Below are positions 39,967 through 49,461 of a stretch of 51,192 nt of DNA, one piece after another. The notes beneath the pieces are model-generated. The model saw nothing but the letters and a program-made list of their open reading frames with translations, was not told the DNA's origin and searched no databases. Numbering within the stretch: the first letter of the stretch is position 1; each line of letters begins with the position of its first letter. This DNA comes from a virus. Taxonomy: Duplodnaviria; Heunggongvirae; Uroviricota; Caudoviricetes. The translations under genes were made by a program, and so were the position numbers. The stretch lies in IMG/VR virus record IMGVR_UViG_2627854098_000004, one strand, 5' to 3'.

Positions 39967-40524
39967 TTGGCAAAAATAGATGATTATCAGCCAAGCCAAG
40001 TAGAAGTTGATAAAGTACTTTATTGTAAAAAAATAGTTAACTTTTCTGGCGTTAAATGGAAACAGAAACCAAGTCGCTCTGATATGTGGCTACAAGCCCA
40101 TATCATCCCCTTGGATGAGGATTGTATACCTATACAAGGGCTAAAGTTTGAACTGAAATGGAAACCAGATCAGGATTCAGAACCTGATGACCCGATTTCT
40201 TACCCTAAAATAAATATTATTGCTTTCTATCATAACAAGAGGGTTTTCGCGGTAGATACCTATCACTTTGACAAACACACGAATAGTTACAAGGTCGATC
40301 ATCCGAAGTACCAAGATATCATTTACGGTGCTCACTACCATGTATACTATGAAGAAGCTGGATACTATAGTGATAGAATAGCGTTTCCAATCGAAGATGA
40401 CATAAACCCAGATGACCTGGTAGGGTATTGGAATTACTTCTGTAAACATCTGAACATAACTTACTCTGGGAGAATACCTTTACCGCTTGAAGATGAGTCG
40501 GGGCAAATGGGGTTTGGAATATGA
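39967..40524 (+). CDS. hypothetical protein A of the cI-downstream cassette (185 aa, possible TTG start)
   Basis: Begins 39 nt after the cI stop on the same strand; AT-rich; no transmembrane segment or motif I recognise. Confidence 0.6.
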   Translation: MAKIDDYQPSQVEVDKVLYCKKIVNFSGVKWKQKPSRSDMWLQAHIIPLDEDCIPIQGLKFELKWKPDQDSEPDDPISYPKINIIAFYHNKRVFAVDTYHFDKHTNSYKVDHPKYQDIIYGAHYHVYYEEAGYYSDRIAFPIEDDINPDDLVGYWNYFCKHLNITYSGRIPLPLEDESGQMGFGI

Positions 40525-41273
40525 TGTGCTCAACAGTGATCTCACAACTAGGTTTCGAATGCCATCCAATAGGCAAGACCTTGAGAATTATCAGTCCATT
40601 CACTTACTGTGATGATGGAGAGCATGTCGGTGCCTTTATCCGTGAAGTCAATGGTAGGTATTTAGTTAGTGACAGATGCGATGCCTTAATGAATATGGAG
40701 GCAAGAGGGATCTCGCTTACCAAAAAACGACTTGATGAGATACGACAATTACTGCTTAAAGAAGGCGCAGAACTCAATGCTCGAGGAGAAATCATTGCTT
40801 GGGCAACAGAAAAGGATGTCGGTGCGATTACATCGAACATAATTAGAGCTGGTATACTCGCATCAACTTTGTCGTTAGACTGGTATCAGCCAGTTCAAGC
40901 TGAAAAGTTTGAAAGTATGGTTATTGATTATCTATATCACACAGAGCTTAGAGACGCACTTTCTCTTCGTGAAAACGTATATGGCTTGAGTGGACATCAA
41001 ATTACCGTCCCTGTAACAATAAAAACCGACATACCTAAATACGTTTTTACATCAAGCGTGAAACACGGAGGAAGCTGGAATAGTGCTTACTCATTGCTTG
41101 GGAAACTAATTGATCTTAAAGCTTCAAGTGAGGAGTATAACAACAGATTTGTTGTTATAGACAGCGAAGCAATTGGTGATCAAATGCAACAACTCTCCTT
41201 ACTCTTCCATGAATCAAGCCAAGTTCTACCATTCTCCAAAAGAGAGACTTGGGTTAAGAGACTTGCAGCATAA
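40521..41273 (+). CDS. hypothetical protein B of the cI-downstream cassette (250 aa)
   Basis: ATG overlaps the stop of gene A (ATGA at 40521-40524); AT-rich; no recognisable motif; followed by a terminator. Confidence 0.65.
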   Translation: MMCSTVISQLGFECHPIGKTLRIISPFTYCDDGEHVGAFIREVNGRYLVSDRCDALMNMEARGISLTKKRLDEIRQLLLKEGAELNARGEIIAWATEKDVGAITSNIIRAGILASTLSLDWYQPVQAEKFESMVIDYLYHTELRDALSLRENVYGLSGHQITVPVTIKTDIPKYVFTSSVKHGGSWNSAYSLLGKLIDLKASSEEYNNRFVVIDSEAIGDQMQQLSLLFHESSQVLPFSKRETWVKRLAA

Positions 41274-41277
41274 TACA

Positions 41278-41304
41278 ACCCGGCCTCAGCGCCGGGTTTT
41301 CTTT
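41278..41304 (+). terminator. intrinsic terminator ending the cI-cassette operon
   Basis: CCCGGC-CTCAGC-GCCGGG followed by TTTTCTTT. Confidence 0.65.
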
Positions 41305-41492
41305 GCCTCACGTTCGCCCACCTAAAAACACATAACCAATTATATTTATTGAAAAATAAATAGATGCAACCCACTAAACCACGCAATTCTGATCTCTCCT
41401 TACATCGCCGAGGCAATACATCCACGCTAAAAAACAACACTATTAAATACAAAGCGTTATAAAAAACCACGCCAACTTACAACAAATTGTAT

Positions 41493-41520
41493 TGATCTTG
41501 TAAAGTACATATCGTACTAT
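41493..41520 (+). promoter_or_regulatory. candidate pL promoter with overlapping operator
   Basis: -35 TTGATC, 16-bp spacer, -10 TACTAT; the spacer contains AAAGTACATATCGTACT, the same quasi-palindrome class as in OR. Confidence 0.45.
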
Positions 41521-41566
41521 TTAACCGTCAGCAGGACGCTGGAAGCCAAATGGAACAGACTGGCAG

Positions 41567-41611
41567 GCTCTTTAAACAACGTCGACTCTCGACTACGTGG
41601 CTGAAAAGCCA
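41567..41611 (+). promoter_or_regulatory. nutL: boxA-like GCTCTTTA, intervening hairpin GTCGA-CTC-TCGAC, boxB-like hairpin GGCU-GAAA-AGCC
   Basis: Between the pL candidate and the N start; architecture parallels nutR. Confidence 0.55.
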
Positions 41612-41709
41612 GATCACCCAACCACATAAGCTGTGGGATGCAATGCCGAAGCAACCGTCTCAGGAGGAGCTTCGAGATTGCATCGCCAAAGTTTATTCGG
41701 GAGGAATCC

Positions 41710-41798
41710 ATGTCCAGAAAAACAGAATTTAAAGGCACCGCAGCTTCTCGCCGTAGAGCTCGTCGCGCAAATCTGCAAAGTCAGGAGGCGATCAGCTC
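41710..41798 (+). pseudogene. N: N antiterminator, 5' fragment (codons 1-29), interrupted by IS66
   Basis: ATG 41710 with RBS GGAGGAA; arginine-rich N-terminus MSRKTEFKGTAASRRRARRA; reading frame continues at 44249 after the IS and one copy of the target duplication. Confidence 0.55.
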
Positions 41799-41835
41799 GT
41801 AAGCGTGCAGCAAGAACCGTATTGACGGGGATGTG

Positions 41836-43374
41836 TTATTCAGTCGGCAGTGCTACGCGCCAGGGGAGCAGTTCGCCGACCCGGTTTATCGGCCAGTCGG
41901 CTATGACGTCAAGGACATAGCGGAGGTAGCTTTCTGGCTCCACTCCGTTCAGTTTGCACGTCCCGATCAGGCTGTACAGCAGCGCTCCCCGCTCTCCTCC
42001 ATGATCCGAACCGAAGAACAGGTAGTTTTTGCGGCCCAGACTGACCATCCGCAACGCATTTTCAGCGATGTTATTGTCCGCCTCAGCCCAGCCATCATCT
42101 GCATAGTACGTCAGCGCCGGCCACTGGTTCAGGGCGTATGCGAACGCTTTCGCCAGTTCTGAGTGTCGCGACAGGGTTTTCATCTTTTCACGCAGCCAGC
42201 TTTCCAGGGATTTCAGCAGCGGTTTCGTTTTCAACTGACGTTCGGCAAGGCGCTGCTCCGCCGTCATTCCCCTTATCTCTGCCTCGATGGCGTACAGTTC
42301 GCCGATCCGTTTCAGCGCTTCCTCCGTCAGGGCTGACGGGGTGCGAACGTGCACATCGTGGATTTTACGGCGGGCGTGAGCCCAACAGGCGGCTTCCGTT
42401 ATCCGGCCATCCCGGTACAGCTCGTTGAACCCGGCGTATGCATCCGCCTGCAGTACACCACTGAACCCCGCAAGATGGGTCTGCGGATGGATGCCTTTTC
42501 TGTCCGGGCTGTAAGCGAACCACACCGCCGGCGCCAGCGTTGACCCGGCGTTACGGTCGTCACGAACGTAGGTCCATAACCGCCCGGTCTTCGTTTTCTT
42601 ATTGCCTGGCAACAGCACCGGGACAGGCGTGTCATCAGCATGGAGCTTACCGTCAGTCAGCACATAGCCATGAAGCGCCTCTTCCAGCGGAGACAGCAGC
42701 CGGCAGCATGCATCCACCCAGCCCGACAGCAGTGAACGGCTCAGCTCCACACCTTGCCGGCCGTATATTTCTGACTGGCGATACAGCGGGGTGTGCTCTG
42801 CATACTTCGAGGTCAGCACGCGGGCCAGCAGCCCCGGTCCGGCGATACCCCGCTCGATGGGCCGCGAAGGTGCAGGTGCCTGCACGATGGCATCGCACTG
42901 AGTACAGGCATGTTTTTCCCGTACCGTCCGGATAACCCGGAAGGCGCTACGCATCAACTCCAGCTGTTCGGCGGTATCCTCGCCCAGATAGCTCAGTGAA
43001 CCGCCGCAGTTCGGGCAGCACGGCGCCGCAGGCAACAGTCGCTTTTCGTCACGGGGTAGTGATTCAGGGAACGGCTTACGGGTGCGGGTCTGACGCAACG
43101 GACGCTGTACTGCCGGGTCATACACCCTACCAGTCAGCGTATCGCTCTCTTTCTGAAGCCGGTTCAGATCGGCTTCCATTTGTGCGATACGGCGGGAGAC
43201 TTTTTCGGAACGACTGCCGAAGTTCATCCGGCGGAGTTTATCCAGCTGCGCCTGCAGATGGTCTATTTCGCGCTCCCGGTTGCTCAGCTTTTCCTGCAGG
43301 GCGTGGATCAGCGCTTCCTGTTCGGCCAGGCGCTGTTTCAGCAGGAAGATGTCGTCAGAAGAGATGTCGTTCAT
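41836..43374 (-). CDS. IS66-family transposase TnpC
   Basis: 512 aa; IS66 transposase with zinc-ribbon CxxC motifs. Confidence 0.85.
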   Translation of the reverse strand: MNDISSDDIFLLKQRLAEQEALIHALQEKLSNREREIDHLQAQLDKLRRMNFGSRSEKVSRRIAQMEADLNRLQKESDTLTGRVYDPAVQRPLRQTRTRKPFPESLPRDEKRLLPAAPCCPNCGGSLSYLGEDTAEQLELMRSAFRVIRTVREKHACTQCDAIVQAPAPSRPIERGIAGPGLLARVLTSKYAEHTPLYRQSEIYGRQGVELSRSLLSGWVDACCRLLSPLEEALHGYVLTDGKLHADDTPVPVLLPGNKKTKTGRLWTYVRDDRNAGSTLAPAVWFAYSPDRKGIHPQTHLAGFSGVLQADAYAGFNELYRDGRITEAACWAHARRKIHDVHVRTPSALTEEALKRIGELYAIEAEIRGMTAEQRLAERQLKTKPLLKSLESWLREKMKTLSRHSELAKAFAYALNQWPALTYYADDGWAEADNNIAENALRMVSLGRKNYLFFGSDHGGERGALLYSLIGTCKLNGVEPESYLRYVLDVIADWPINRVGELLPWRVALPTE

Positions 43375-43423
43375 AAGCCCGTATTTTACCGGGCTTATTC
43401 TGTGACAACCAGGATAAAGAGAT

Positions 43424-43771
43424 TTACAGCATGGTCAGGGAGGTCAGCAGCCGCTTAGGCTGTCGCCAGTCGATACCTTCCAGCAGCATCGCCAGCTGCG
43501 CCTGTGTAAGGAACACTTTGCCATCACGGGCTGACGGCCAGGCGAAGCGCCCACGCTCCAGCCGTTTGGTCAGGAGGCACAGTCCGTCACCGGTGGACCA
43601 CAGCAGTTTAACCTGACTGCCGCTGCGGCCCCGGAAAATGAAAACATGGCCGGACATGGGATCGTCTTTCAGCGCCGTCTGTACTTTCGCAGCCAGGCCG
43701 TTGAAGCCATTTCTCATATCAGTGATACCGGCAACCAGCCAAATTTTGGTCCCGGAAGGTAACGGGATCAT
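43424..43771 (-). CDS. IS66-family TnpB
   Basis: 115 aa; [27 protein letters not shown]. Confidence 0.85.
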   Translation of the reverse strand: MIPLPSGTKIWLVAGITDMRNGFNGLAAKVQTALKDDPMSGHVFIFRGRSGSQVKLLWSTGDGLCLLTKRLERGRFAWPSARDGKVFLTQAQLAMLLEGIDWRQPKRLLTSLTML

Positions 43772-44169
43772 CGCTTCAGTTCCTGTATCAGCAGAGTCAG
43801 GAGCTTTTCGCTGACATTGCCATTGAAGCGGAGCGTCCCGTGCCGGAACGTTACCTCACAGCTGATACTGAGGGTTTCCGGGTCCTCTGCGAGCGATTCT
43901 GGCTGTTCGGCAGCTGCATCGAGAGTCACAGGAAGTAGCTGGGGGCTCTCTGAAGAAGGTAATAGCAGCTTTCCCTCGCGCCATTGTTGTCGCCATTTGA
44001 ACAACAGATTGGCGTTAATGCCATTTTCAAGAGCAAGTTTTGAGATGGATATCCCGGGTTCACAGGAGGCAGCAACGAGCTGCTGTTTAAATTCGGGAGG
44101 ATAATTAGGGCAGCCTTTTCGCCTGCCGGGAGTCACATTTTTCTGCATATCTGACACTTTGGTTCCCAC
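43768..44169 (-). CDS. IS66-family TnpA
   Basis: 133 aa; ATGA-type overlap with tnpB. Confidence 0.8.
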   Translation of the reverse strand: MGTKVSDMQKNVTPGRRKGCPNYPPEFKQQLVAASCEPGISISKLALENGINANLLFKWRQQWREGKLLLPSSESPQLLPVTLDAAAEQPESLAEDPETLSISCEVTFRHGTLRFNGNVSEKLLTLLIQELKR

Positions 44170-44240
44170 TACTTATTTGGTGGACACCACTTTGTCTAAT
44201 TCGTCAGATTCTGACCAGACGGTTCAGGCTGTACGCTTAC

Positions 44241-44432
44241 ATCAGCTCCGACAAGCTACACAGGCCAACCCCTTCACGAGTGGTCTTGCAATGCAAGCTC
44301 AAACCAGCAATGAGAGCAGAAGTGATAACTCTGACAACGTTGACCAGAAAATATGAAGGTTCAACTTGTCTTCCGAACGTAGCTCTTTACGCGGCAGGCT
44401 ACCGGAAATCAAAACAACTGACGGCGAGATGA
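44241..44432 (+). pseudogene. N: N antiterminator, 3' fragment
   Basis: In-frame continuation of the 41710 ORF once the IS and one target-duplication copy are removed; stop TGA at 44430-44432; reconstructed N is 90 aa. Confidence 0.5.
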
Positions 44433-44448
44433 TAAATTCATTTGCTAA

Positions 44449-45030
44449 TTACTTGTTTTTGCCATGCTTATCCTGAGCGATAAGTTCATCCATAAGGCTG
44501 TCTGCCTTCCCGGCAAACCTAATGTAGCACTCATGTCTATAGCTTTCAGGGATAACGAAACGGTCGGTATCAGGATATCCAACAGCAGGAGGCCTTCGAA
44601 CGAGGAGTCCTTTTTTGAGCAATGAAATTGATTCATGAGCGCCCTTTTCCGTTTGTAGCTGGTTATTAGCGGCTACAGCGAATGCCAAATACGCTCTTTC
44701 TCCAAGAGTTAACGAATCAAACAAATCTTGCACATATTTTTCTTCTTTAGATTTGCGCTTCTGAGCAGCGAATACCTCAATTCTTTCAGTCACAGCGTGA
44801 TAAGCGGAATTAACAACGCCGTTAAGCACATAGCTAACGCAAAACAACAGGATGTAATACATCCAGTAATGAGGAAGGATTTCTGGATTATGCAGGTTTA
44901 TCCATTCTTTTACGCTTACCGGCATAACAATAATCAATATGATCAGGATGATTAGCATATGAATCAACTGTTTAAGTGTCATTCCTTGCAGGAAAAAATG
45001 CATTAGTTCCTGCCACCATGAGTTGTTCAT
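44449..45030 (-). CDS. sieB: superinfection exclusion protein SieB-like membrane protein
   Basis: 193 aa; N-terminal hydrophobic segment LIHMLIILIILIIVMPV; located between N and ral as sieB is in lambda. Confidence 0.65.
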   Translation of the reverse strand: MNNSWWQELMHFFLQGMTLKQLIHMLIILIILIIVMPVSVKEWINLHNPEILPHYWMYYILLFCVSYVLNGVVNSAYHAVTERIEVFAAQKRKSKEEKYVQDLFDSLTLGERAYLAFAVAANNQLQTEKGAHESISLLKKGLLVRRPPAVGYPDTDRFVIPESYRHECYIRFAGKADSLMDELIAQDKHGKNK

Positions 45031-45243
45031 CGGCGTTTCTCTTTTGCTCTCTGTAGGGGTGAATAGAGTTTATCCGATTTCTCGTTGTAGGGGTACACGA
45101 GAACCACCGAGCCTGATGTGGTTAAAAGACAGGCACAATCTTTACTACCGCAATCCACTATTTAAGGTGATATATGGAAGAAGAATTTGAAGAGTTCGAA
45201 GAGCATCCTCAAGATGTGATGGAACAATACCAGGACTATCCGT

Positions 45244-45444
45244 ATGACTACGACTATTGATACAAATCAATGGTGTGGACAATTCAAACGATGCAATGGA
45301 TGCAAGCTGCAATCGGAATGCATGGTTAAGCCTGAAGAAATGTTTCCTGTAATGGAAGATGGGAAATATGTCGATAAATGGGCAATACGAACGACGGCAA
45401 TGATTGCCAGAGAACTTGGTAAACAGAACAACAAAGCTGCCTGA
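45244..45444 (+). CDS. ral: Ral restriction-alleviation protein
   Basis: 66 aa; near-identical to lambda Ral. Confidence 0.85.
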   Translation: MTTTIDTNQWCGQFKRCNGCKLQSECMVKPEEMFPVMEDGKYVDKWAIRTTAMIARELGKQNNKAA

Positions 45445-45580
45445 TAGTGGCCTTTATTTTTGGCATAAATAACAGAATAAACACTGCACTGTGTATTCAT
45501 TCCAACGAGTGAATACACGGAGCAATGTCGCTCGTAACTAAACAGGAGCCGACTTGTTCTGATTATTGGAAATCTTCTTT

Positions 45581-45606
45581 GCCCTCCAGTGTGAGGGCGA
45601 TTTTTT
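45581..45606 (+). terminator. intrinsic terminator between ral and ea10 (tL-type)
   Basis: GCCCTC-CAGTGT-GAGGGC followed by GATTTTTTAT. Confidence 0.55.
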
Positions 45607-45626
45607 ATCTATGAGGATATGAATAG

Positions 45627-45995
45627 ATGTCAAACATCAAAAAATACATCATTGATTACGACTGGAAAGCATCAATAGAAATTGAAATTGACCATGACGT
45701 AATGACAGAGGAAAAACTTCACCAGATTAATAATTTCTGGTCAGACTCTGAATACCGACTCAATAAACACGGCTCTGTATTAAATGCTGTATTAATCATG
45801 CTGGCGCAACATGCTCTGCTTATAGCAATTTCAAGCGACTTAAATGCATATGGTGTTGTGTGTGAGTTCGACTGGAATGATGGAAATGGTCAGGAAGGAT
45901 GGCCTCCAATGGATGGTAGTGAAGGAATAAGAATTACCGATATCGATACATCAGGAATATTTGATTCAGATGATATGACTATCAAGGCCGCCTGA
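45627..45995 (+). CDS. ea10: Ea10-like protein
   Basis: 122 aa; matches lambda Ea10 as I recall it. Confidence 0.7.
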   Translation: MSNIKKYIIDYDWKASIEIEIDHDVMTEEKLHQINNFWSDSEYRLNKHGSVLNAVLIMLAQHALLIAISSDLNAYGVVCEFDWNDGNGQEGWPPMDGSEGIRITDIDTSGIFDSDDMTIKAA

Positions 45996-46067
45996 GCGCG
46001 GCGTTACCGCATACCAATTACGCTTCACTCGAGGCGTTTTTCGTTATGTATAAATAAGGAGCACACC

Positions 46068-46232
46068 ATGCAATATGCCATTGCAGGGTGGCCTGTTGCT
46101 GGCTGCCCTTCCGAATCTTTACTTGAACGAATCACCCGTAAATTACGTGACGGATGGAAACGCCTTATCGACATACTTAATCAGCCAGGAGTCCCAAAAA
46201 ATGGATCAAACAATTATGGCTATCCAGACTAA
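46068..46232 (+). CDS. cIII: CIII (FtsH inhibitor, 54 aa)
   Basis: ATG 46068 with [64 protein letters not shown]; below the ORF-track cutoff. Confidence 0.85.
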   Translation: MQYAIAGWPVAGCPSESLLERITRKLRDGWKRLIDILNQPGVPKNGSNNYGYPD

Positions 46233-46344
46233 ATTCACTATCGCCACTTTTATTGGCGATGAAAAGATGTTTCGTGAGGCCGTCGACGCTTATAAAAAAT
46301 GGATATTAATACTGAAACTGAGATCAAGCAAAAGCATTCACTAA
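46201..46344 (+). CDS. kil: Kil (host cell-division inhibitor, 47 aa)
   Basis: ATG 46201 overlapping the end of c[25 protein letters not shown]...; lambda Kil-like. Confidence 0.65.
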   Translation: MDQTIMAIQTKFTIATFIGDEKMFREAVDAYKKWILILKLRSSKSIH

Positions 46345-46419
46345 CCCCCTTTCCTGTTTTCCTAATCAGCCTGGCATTTCGCGGGCGATATTTTCACAGC
46401 CATTTTCAGGAGTTCAGCC

Positions 46420-46716
46420 ATGAACGCTTATTACATTCAGGATCGTCTTGAGGCTCAGAGCTGGGCGCGTCACTACCAGCAGATCGCCCGTGAAGAGAAA
46501 GAGGCAGAACTGGCAGACGACATGGAAAAAGGCCTGCCCCAGCACCTGTTTGAATCGCTATGCATCGATCATTTACAACGCCACGGGGCCAGCAAAAAAG
46601 CCATTACCCGTGCGTTTGATGACGATGTTGAGTTTCAGGAGCGCATGGCAGAACACATCCGGTACATAGTTGAAACCATTGCTCACCATCAGGCTGATAT
46701 TGATTCAGAGGTATAA
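46420..46716 (+). CDS. gam: Gam (RecBCD inhibitor, short form; the long-form start at 46299 is out of frame)
   Basis: 98-aa ORF equal to lambda GamS; the upstream GamL start ATG 46299 runs into a stop; 418 nt from that ATG to the gam stop against 417 expected. Confidence 0.85.
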   Translation: MNAYYIQDRLEAQSWARHYQQIAREEKEAELADDMEKGLPQHLFESLCIDHLQRHGASKKAITRAFDDDVEFQERMAEHIRYIVETIAHHQADIDSEV

Positions 46717-46721
46717 AACGG

Positions 46722-47507
46722 ATGAGTACAGCACTCGCAACGCTGGCAGGGAAGCTGGCTGAACGTGTCGGCATGGATTCTGTCGACCCACAGGAACTGA
46801 TCACCACTCTTCGCCAGACGGCATTTAAAGGTGATGCCAGCGATGCGCAGTTCATCGCATTGTTGATCGTCGCCAACCAGTACGGCCTTAATCCGTGGAC
46901 GAAAGAAATTTACGCCTTCCCTGATAAGCAGAACGGCATTGTTCCGGTGGTGGGCGTTGATGGCTGGTCCCGCATCATCAATGAAAACCAGCAGTTTGAT
47001 GGTATGGACTTTGAGCAGGACAATGAATCATGTACATGCCGGATTTACCGCAAAGACCGCAATCATCCGATCTGCGTTACCGAGTGGATGGATGAATGCC
47101 GCCGCGAACCATTCAAAACCCGCGAAGGCAGAGAAATCACGGGGCCGTGGCAGTCGCATCCCAAACGGATGTTACGGCATAAAGCCATGATTCAGTGTGC
47201 CCGTCTGGCCTTCGGATTTGCTGGTATCTATGACAAGGATGAAGCCGAGCGCATTGTCGAAAATACCGCATACACTGCAGAACGTCAGCCGGAACGCGAC
47301 ATCACTCCGGTTAACGATGAAACCATGCAGGAGATTAACACTCTGCTGATTGCCCTGGACAAAACATGGGATGACGACTTATTGCCGCTCTGTTCCCAGA
47401 TATTTCGCCGCGACATTCGCGCATCGTCAGAACTGACACAGGCCGAAGCAGTGAAAGCTCTTGGATTCCTGAAACAGAAAGCCACTGAGCAGAAGGTGGC
47501 AGCATGA
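46722..47507 (+). CDS. bet: Bet (Red-beta single-strand annealing protein)
   Basis: 261 aa; near-identical to lambda Bet. Confidence 0.9.
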   Translation: MSTALATLAGKLAERVGMDSVDPQELITTLRQTAFKGDASDAQFIALLIVANQYGLNPWTKEIYAFPDKQNGIVPVVGVDGWSRIINENQQFDGMDFEQDNESCTCRIYRKDRNHPICVTEWMDECRREPFKTREGREITGPWQSHPKRMLRHKAMIQCARLAFGFAGIYDKDEAERIVENTAYTAERQPERDITPVNDETMQEINTLLIALDKTWDDDLLPLCSQIFRRDIRASSELTQAEAVKALGFLKQKATEQKVAA

Positions 47508-48184
47508 CACCGGACATTATCCTGCAGCGTACCGGGATCGACGTGAGAGCTGTCGAACAGGGGGATGATGCATGGCACAAATTACGGCTCGGCGTCATCA
47601 CCGCTTCAGAAGTTCACAACGTGATAGCAAAGCCCCGCTCAGGAAAGAAGTGGCCTGACATGAAAATGTCCTACTTCCACACCCTGCTGGCTGAGGTTTG
47701 CACCGGTGTGGCTCCGGAAGTTAATGCTAAGGCGCTGGCGTGGGGAAAACAGTACGAGAACGACGCCAGAACCCTGTTTGAATTCACTTCCGGCGTGAAT
47801 GTTACTGAATCCCCGATCATCTATCGCGACGAAAGTATGCGCACCGCCTGCTCTCCCGATGGTTTATGCAGTGACGGCAATGGCCTTGAGCTGAAATGCC
47901 CGTTTACCTCCCGGGATTTCATGAAGTTCCGGCTCGGTGGTTTCGAGGCCATAAAGTCGGCTTACATGGCCCAGGTGCAGTACAGCATGTGGGTGACACG
48001 AAAAGATGCCTGGTACTTTGCCAACTATGACCCACGAATGAAGCGTGAAGGCCTGCATTATGTCGTGGTTGAGCGGGATGAAAAGTACATGGCGAGTTTT
48101 GACGAGATGGTGCCGGAGTTCATCGAAAAAATGGACGAAGCACTGGCTGAAATTGGTTTTGTATTTGGAGAGCAATGGCGATGA
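47504..48184 (+). CDS. exo: Exo (lambda exonuclease)
   Basis: 226 aa; near-identical to lambda Exo. Confidence 0.9.
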   Translation: MTPDIILQRTGIDVRAVEQGDDAWHKLRLGVITASEVHNVIAKPRSGKKWPDMKMSYFHTLLAEVCTGVAPEVNAKALAWGKQYENDARTLFEFTSGVNVTESPIIYRDESMRTACSPDGLCSDGNGLELKCPFTSRDFMKFRLGGFEAIKSAYMAQVQYSMWVTRKDAWYFANYDPRMKREGLHYVVVERDEKYMASFDEMVPEFIEKMDEALAEIGFVFGEQWR

Positions 48185-48363
48185 CCCATCCTCACGATAA
48201 TATCCGGGTAGGCGCGATCACTTTCGTCTACTCCGTTACAAAGCGAGGCTGGGTATTTCACGGTCTTTCTGTTATCCGAAATCCGCTGAAAGCCCAGCGG
48301 CTGGCTGAGGAGATAAATAATAAACGGGGGGCGGTATGCACAAAGCATCTCCTGTTGAGTTAA
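48175..48363 (+). CDS. lambda orf60a-like protein
   Basis: 62 aa; lies directly downstream of exo. Confidence 0.55.
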   Translation: MAMTHPHDNIRVGAITFVYSVTKRGWVFHGLSVIRNPLKAQRLAEEINNKRGAVCTKHLLLS

Positions 48364-48527
48364 GAACGAGTATTGATTTGGCACATAGCCTTGCTCAAAT
48401 TGGAGTCAGGTTTGTGCCAATACCAGCAGAAACAGACGAAGAATTTCATACGTTAGCCACATCCCTTTCACAAAAGCTGGAAATGATGGTGGCGAAAGCA
48501 GAAGCAGATGAGAGAGACCAGGTATGA
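48336..48527 (+). CDS. lambda orf63-like protein
   Basis: 63 aa; lies between exo and xis. Confidence 0.55.
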   Translation: MHKASPVELRTSIDLAHSLAQIGVRFVPIPAETDEEFHTLATSLSQKLEMMVAKAEADERDQV

Positions 48528-48537
48528 CAACCACTGA

Positions 48538-48720
48538 ATGCATTTTTCTGGCAGCGGGCTTCATATTCTGTGTGCTTATGCTTGCCGACATGGGGCTTGT
48601 TCAGTGACACCTCAGCAAGAAAACGCCCTTCGCAGCATTGCCCGTCAGGCTAATTCTGAAATCAAAAAAGTCAGACAGCAGTTTCCAAAAACGTCAATGA
48701 CATTTGCCGTAGCGTACTGA
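48538..48720 (+). CDS. hypothetical protein (lambda orf61 region; possibly frameshifted)
   Basis: 60-aa ORF; a separate 27-codon ORF starting at 48524 (MTTTECIFLAAGFIFCVLMLADMGLVQ) lies in another frame just upstream. Confidence 0.3.
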   Translation: MHFSGSGLHILCAYACRHGACSVTPQQENALRSIARQANSEIKKVRQQFPKTSMTFAVAY

Positions 48721-48913
48721 AGAAGCACCGCGAAACGGTAACGCTGAAGGGATTCACACCGACTCATTTAAGCCTGGCAATCGGCATGTTAAACGGCGTC
48801 TTTAAGGAACGATGAACATGAAAAGCAAAATTATCAGGGAGCTACAGGCTCCTTTTTTATTGTTCGCATTCACCCTCAAGCGTATTAACCAACAGTTCAG
48901 GGATTAATGAAAG

Positions 48914-49135
48914 ATGGCAGACATCATTGATTCAGCATCAGAAATAGAAGAATTACAGCGCAACACAGCAATAAAAATGCGCCGCCTGAACTACCTGGCT
49001 GTATCTGCCACTCATTGTTGTGAGTGTGGCGATCCGATAGATGAACGAAGACGCCTGGCCGTTCAGGGTTGTCGGACTTGCGCCAGTTGCCAGCAAGATC
49101 TGGAGCTTATCCGCAAACAAAGGGGGATTAAGTGA
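48914..49135 (+). CDS. TraR/DksA-family C4 zinc-finger protein
   Basis: 73 aa with CCECGDPID...CRTCASC four-cysteine motif. Confidence 0.65.
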   Translation: MADIIDSASEIEELQRNTAIKMRRLNYLAVSATHCCECGDPIDERRRLAVQGCRTCASCQQDLELIRKQRGIK

Positions 49136-49461
49136 TGGCTAACCTGCAACTTGCTGTTAAAAGTGAATACTTCGATGCCATGATTCGCGGAGAGAAAACG
49201 GAAGAGTATCGCTTGTGTAATGACTACTGGAATAAGCGAATTATGTTCCGGGAATATGACCGCCTGATTATCACAAAGGGATATCCGAAGCGCGACGATT
49301 CCAGTCGCAGAATTGATGTTCCGTATGACGGATATGAAGTGAAGACAATCACACATCCGCACTTTGGCGATAAACCGGTAAAGGTGTTCGCTATAAAGGT
49401 GAATATCAGCACTGAATATCAATCCGCACAACACAAGGTCAAGAATGTTCAGAGTGATTGA
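49132..49461 (+). CDS. hypothetical early-left protein (109 aa)
   Basis: Start overlaps the upstream stop; no recognisable motif. Confidence 0.5.
   Translation: MMANLQLAVKSEYFDAMIRGEKTEEYRLCNDYWNKRIMFREYDRLIITKGYPKRDDSSRRIDVPYDGYEVKTITHPHFGDKPVKVFAIKVNISTEYQSAQHKVKNVQSD

Larger units (their letters stand above)
41799..44240 (-). mobile_element. IS66-family insertion sequence (2442 bp) inserted in the N gene
   Basis: Ends GTAAGCG... and ...CGCTTAC; 8-bp direct target duplication ATCAGCTC at 41791-41798 and 44241-44248; tnpA-tnpB-tnpC on the - strand; a different IS66-family member from the copy in cosB. Confidence 0.85.

Noticed and set aside
41550-41732. 60-aa ORF in the pL leader
   Set aside because: It covers the nutL boxA/boxB elements and the N ribosome-binding site, has no RBS of its own, and nutL plus the N start is the better explanation.
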